Below are positions 61,512 through 64,000 of a stretch of 64,000 nt of DNA, piece by piece. Below the pieces are notes generated by a model that saw nothing but the letters and a program-made list of their open reading frames with translations, searched no databases and was not told the origin of the DNA. The stretch comes from an uncultured archaeon (GTDB lineage: Archaea; Aenigmatarchaeota; Aenigmatarchaeia; CAZXUR01): contig CAZXUR010000001.1 in assembly GCA_964644245.1 (NCBI GenBank), positions 17,047 through 81,046 of the forward strand, written 5' to 3'. Numbering within the stretch: position 1 is the stretch's first letter; each line of letters begins with the position of its first letter. A program made the position numbers and the translations under genes.

Positions 61512-62783
61512 ATGTATAAGTATCAGATTCTCAAGTACTATTCTCAGGACGACCTGCTTGATTATTACATGGAACTATCCAAAAAGCGTGAATTCTGTGG
61601 CACTTACCACTCGGGCAGTTTCACCAAAAGGCCGGGCATGGTCTCTTACCCAAGGGACATAGTCGAGATGGTGAAATCGGGTGTGGTTTCCTTCCACCTG
61701 TCGGTGGAGCACTGGTCAAACGTGACCCAACTGTCTCCTGGGAACTATGACCGGCTGAGGACCGGATGGGACCTGGTCTGCGACATAGACTCCTCACTGG
61801 GAATACAGGAGGCGAAGATTGCCGCCCGACTGATAATCGAATGCGTGAAGAAGTACGGAGTCGAGCACCCCTCGCTCAAGTTTTCGGGCAGGCGCGGTTT
61901 CCACGTGGGCATCCCCTTCCATGCCTTCCCCGAGGAAATAAACTACAAGCCCACCGAAAAAAAGTACCCGGAGATTCCACGTGCGGTTGCCAGCTTCATC
62001 AAAAAGGAAATCAGGGACGACCTTCTGGCAAAGCTCATAGAACTCAAAGGCTCGGTCAAGGAGCTGTTCGAAGGCCTGGAAAAGGTGGAGAAACTGGACC
62101 CCTTCTACTTCGTGGAAATGGAGAAGGACTGGGGAGAAAGGCACTTGTTCCGTGCACCCTACTCTCTTCATCCAAAAACATGGCTGGTTTCCATGCCTCT
62201 GCGTCTGAAGGACCTGAAGGGATTCCAGCCGGAGCATGCTTCGCCACAGAACGTAGTGGTGAAGAAAAGGTTCCTGGCCGGAGCGGAAAAAGGCGAGGCT
62301 TCTGACTTGCTGACTGAAGCGCTTGACTGGTGGGCGGAGAACAAAAAGAAGAAAAAGAGGAAGCCAAAACGCAAGATAAAATTCAAGAGAAAGGTGGACA
62401 AGAAATTCTTCCCTCCCTGCATCAAGAACATAATGAAGGGATTGAGAGACGGCATGCATAGGAGCACTTTCACACTCATAGCCTACCTCAGACTCATGAA
62501 CTGGAAGTGGGAAGAGATAGAGAAAGCCATGGTCGAATGGAACAAGAAGAACAGCCCACCCCTTCCAGAGTCATACCTCTCTTCCCAGCTCAAGTGGCAC
62601 GCAAGGCAGACCAGGGAAATACTCCCTGCCAACTGTGACAACGAGCAGTTCTTCGGTAGCATAGGCATATGCAAACCGGACAACCTGTGCAAAAAAGTCA
62701 AGAACCCTGCTTCCTACCCGTTCAGGAAGTTGGGACTGAAGAAGTACAAGAAGTCCAAGAACAAAAAGGAGGGCAAGAAATGA
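61512..62783 (+). CDS. priS: single-chain archaeo-eukaryotic primase: PriS catalytic domain fused to a PriL-type Fe-S C-terminal domain
   Basis: LVCDIDS, FSGRRGFHV and RAPYSLHPKT (AEP motifs I-III). A poly-Lys linker, then FFPPCI...ANCD...GICK...NLCK (4 Cys, as in PriL-CTD). Confidence 0.85.
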   Translation: MYKYQILKYYSQDDLLDYYMELSKKREFCGTYHSGSFTKRPGMVSYPRDIVEMVKSGVVSFHLSVEHWSNVTQLSPGNYDRLRTGWDLVCDIDSSLGIQEAKIAARLIIECVKKYGVEHPSLKFSGRRGFHVGIPFHAFPEEINYKPTEKKYPEIPRAVASFIKKEIRDDLLAKLIELKGSVKELFEGLEKVEKLDPFYFVEMEKDWGERHLFRAPYSLHPKTWLVSMPLRLKDLKGFQPEHASPQNVVVKKRFLAGAEKGEASDLLTEALDWWAENKKKKKRKPKRKIKFKRKVDKKFFPPCIKNIMKGLRDGMHRSTFTLIAYLRLMNWKWEEIEKAMVEWNKKNSPPLPESYLSSQLKWHARQTREILPANCDNEQFFGSIGICKPDNLCKKVKNPASYPFRKLGLKKYKKSKNKKEGKK

Positions 62784-63124
62784 TAACCGCGGTTGCCATG
62801 GCACTTCTTTCCGGAATCATGTCTGTGGTCCTGTTCTACATGGGCCTGACCAGGGATTCGGACAAGGTTTTGCTTTGGGCAGTGATTTTTCTGGGCGTTT
62901 CCTTCGGCATGTTTGAATGGTCCCTCTGGCTGTCGGGCAAGGATATGTTCCGTTTGTTCTTCTCGTTCACATTCCCCCTGGTTTCATGGTTCCTGGCATG
63001 GTTCGCCTTCGTGATATGGCTGTTCGAGGAACGGGGAAAACGCGCTTACTGGGTGGCTCTGTTGATAGTCCTGGCCGTGCTTACGCTGGTTGCGGTCAAC
63101 TGCATGGACTGTCTGCATTTATAA
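62780..63124 (+). CDS. membrane protein (4 TM)
   Basis: ATGA overlap with the primase stop. Hydrophobic 114 aa. Confidence 0.5.
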   Translation: MITAVAMALLSGIMSVVLFYMGLTRDSDKVLLWAVIFLGVSFGMFEWSLWLSGKDMFRLFFSFTFPLVSWFLAWFAFVIWLFEERGKRAYWVALLIVLAVLTLVAVNCMDCLHL

Positions 63125-63160
63125 TTAAAACTTTCTCTCGAATTATATTTGGGATTGGCA

Positions 63161-63745
63161 ATGGTTCTTACTTACGAGAAAATACGCGAAATACAGAGAA
63201 AGGAGCAGAGTTCACGCCAGTTGCAGGAGATACCCGAGAACTTCGTGGACGACTTCAAAGACTATGTGAAACGCAAGGAAAAACTGGGAAAGGACAAGGA
63301 AGTGGGCAACGCAAGGTTCGTGTTCAAGGACATCATAAACCGCAGGGAGAGAAAAATCATGTCTGCGGCCCTGGAATACGCACGCTCGGGGGTAGAAGTG
63401 GAGAACCTGAACAAGCGGGAGAAAACACTGTTCAAAGAGCTGGCAAAGGTGCTCAAAAAGTACAGAAAAGGCACTCTCAAACCCAAGGAAAAACCAGCCA
63501 AGAAGAAGAAGCCGGAGAAGGAAGAAAAGCCGGGAAAAGCCAAGGAAAAAGGGAAAAAACAAATGAAAAAACCGGCCAAAACAGTTAAAAAAGACATGAT
63601 GTTAGTAAAAGTGAAGGAGGACCTGCCCGACTTCGTGGGTCCGAATTTAAATATATATAGTTTGCGCAAGAAAGAAATAGCAAACCTGCCCAGAAAGATT
63701 GGAAACCTGCTGGTCAAGAAGGGCATGGCAGAGGAGTTGGAATGA
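63161..63745 (+). CDS. GINS subunit (Gins51/Gins15-like) with an internal Lys-rich insert
   Basis: LTYEKIREIQRKEQSSRQLQEIPENF is the typical GINS A-domain start. It sits next to the primase and L44e, as in other archaea. Confidence 0.7.
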   Translation: MVLTYEKIREIQRKEQSSRQLQEIPENFVDDFKDYVKRKEKLGKDKEVGNARFVFKDIINRRERKIMSAALEYARSGVEVENLNKREKTLFKELAKVLKKYRKGTLKPKEKPAKKKKPEKEEKPGKAKEKGKKQMKKPAKTVKKDMMLVKVKEDLPDFVGPNLNIYSLRKKEIANLPRKIGNLLVKKGMAEELE

Positions 63746-64000
63746 ATGAAATATCCGAAGAAAGTAAGGAGGTACTGTCCGTACTGCAAGAAACACACAG
63801 AGCACAAAGTGTCCAAAGCCAGCAGGAACAAGAGAAGGAAGGATACTAAGGATGAAAGGAGCGCTAAAAGGAAGCGCAAGGGATACGGCTCATTCCCGTT
63901 CAAGAACCCCAAGGGGAGGCAGAAACCGACCAGGAAACTGGACCTGCGCTTCAAATGCGCGGAGTGCGGCAAAAAACACACAATAGGAAAAGGCTTCAGA
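63746..64000 (+). CDS. rpl44e: 50S ribosomal protein L44e (eL42), 3'-truncated by the window edge
   Basis: MKYPKKVRRYCPYCKKHTEHKV...FKCAECGKKH zinc-ribbon pattern of eL42. Confidence 0.85.
   Translation, partial: MKYPKKVRRYCPYCKKHTEHKVSKASRNKRRKDTKDERSAKRKRKGYGSFPFKNPKGRQKPTRKLDLRFKCAECGKKHTIGKGFR

Overview
Gene-dense archaeal chromosomal segment, nearly all coding. I saw no rRNA, CRISPR array, transposase or integrase. Most genes are core. Translation and RNA genes: eL21, eS26, partial eL42, class-I LysRS, gatCAB, aIF5A with deoxyhypusine synthase, Trm1, KsgA, RtcB with archease, SRP RNA and 3 tRNAs. Two of the tRNAs carry introns, and one is 171 nt and needs several. Transcription and chromatin genes: Rpo4, TFB and two histones, one with a Lys-rich N-terminal tail. 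Replication and repair genes: an ATP-dependent DNA ligase split by a LAGLIDADG intein, a single-chain PriS-PriL primase, GINS, Hel308, two HerA/DUF87 ATPases and a DenV-like glycosylase. FtsZ is present. Isoprenoid and ether-lipid genes are unusually concentrated: G1P dehydrogenase, GGGP synthase, UppS, and a contiguous block GGPPS-MVK-UbiD-like decarboxylase-AcnX large-AcnX small-IPK-IDI2, which is the archaeal anhydromevalonate route in pathway order. Accessory pockets are two RelE/RHH modules beside tRNA-Glu, an oxidative-stress island (rubrerythrin, half-ferritin, desulfoferrodoxin, a 9-Cys peptide, a His-bearing membrane protein) and a pilin-like Cys-rich secreted protein. The fused primase, intron-rich tRNAs, leaderless genes, ATGA-coupled operons and poly-Lys tails on core proteins suggest a small-genome (DPANN-like) archaeon that can still make its own lipids; this lineage guess is inference only. 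Best candidates for undescribed biology: (1) two paralogous winged-helix ORFs translationally coupled inside gatC-gatA-X-Y-gatB; (2) a HerA ATPase fused to a duplicated YYPxW module plus wHTH, in one gene string with a paralogue pair bracketing deoxyhypusine synthase; (3) a desulfoferrodoxin operon with a Cys-rich peptide and a membrane protein where a rubredoxin would be expected; (4) extremely Lys-rich chromatin-like proteins and tails. All family calls come from reading motifs by eye. No database search was run.
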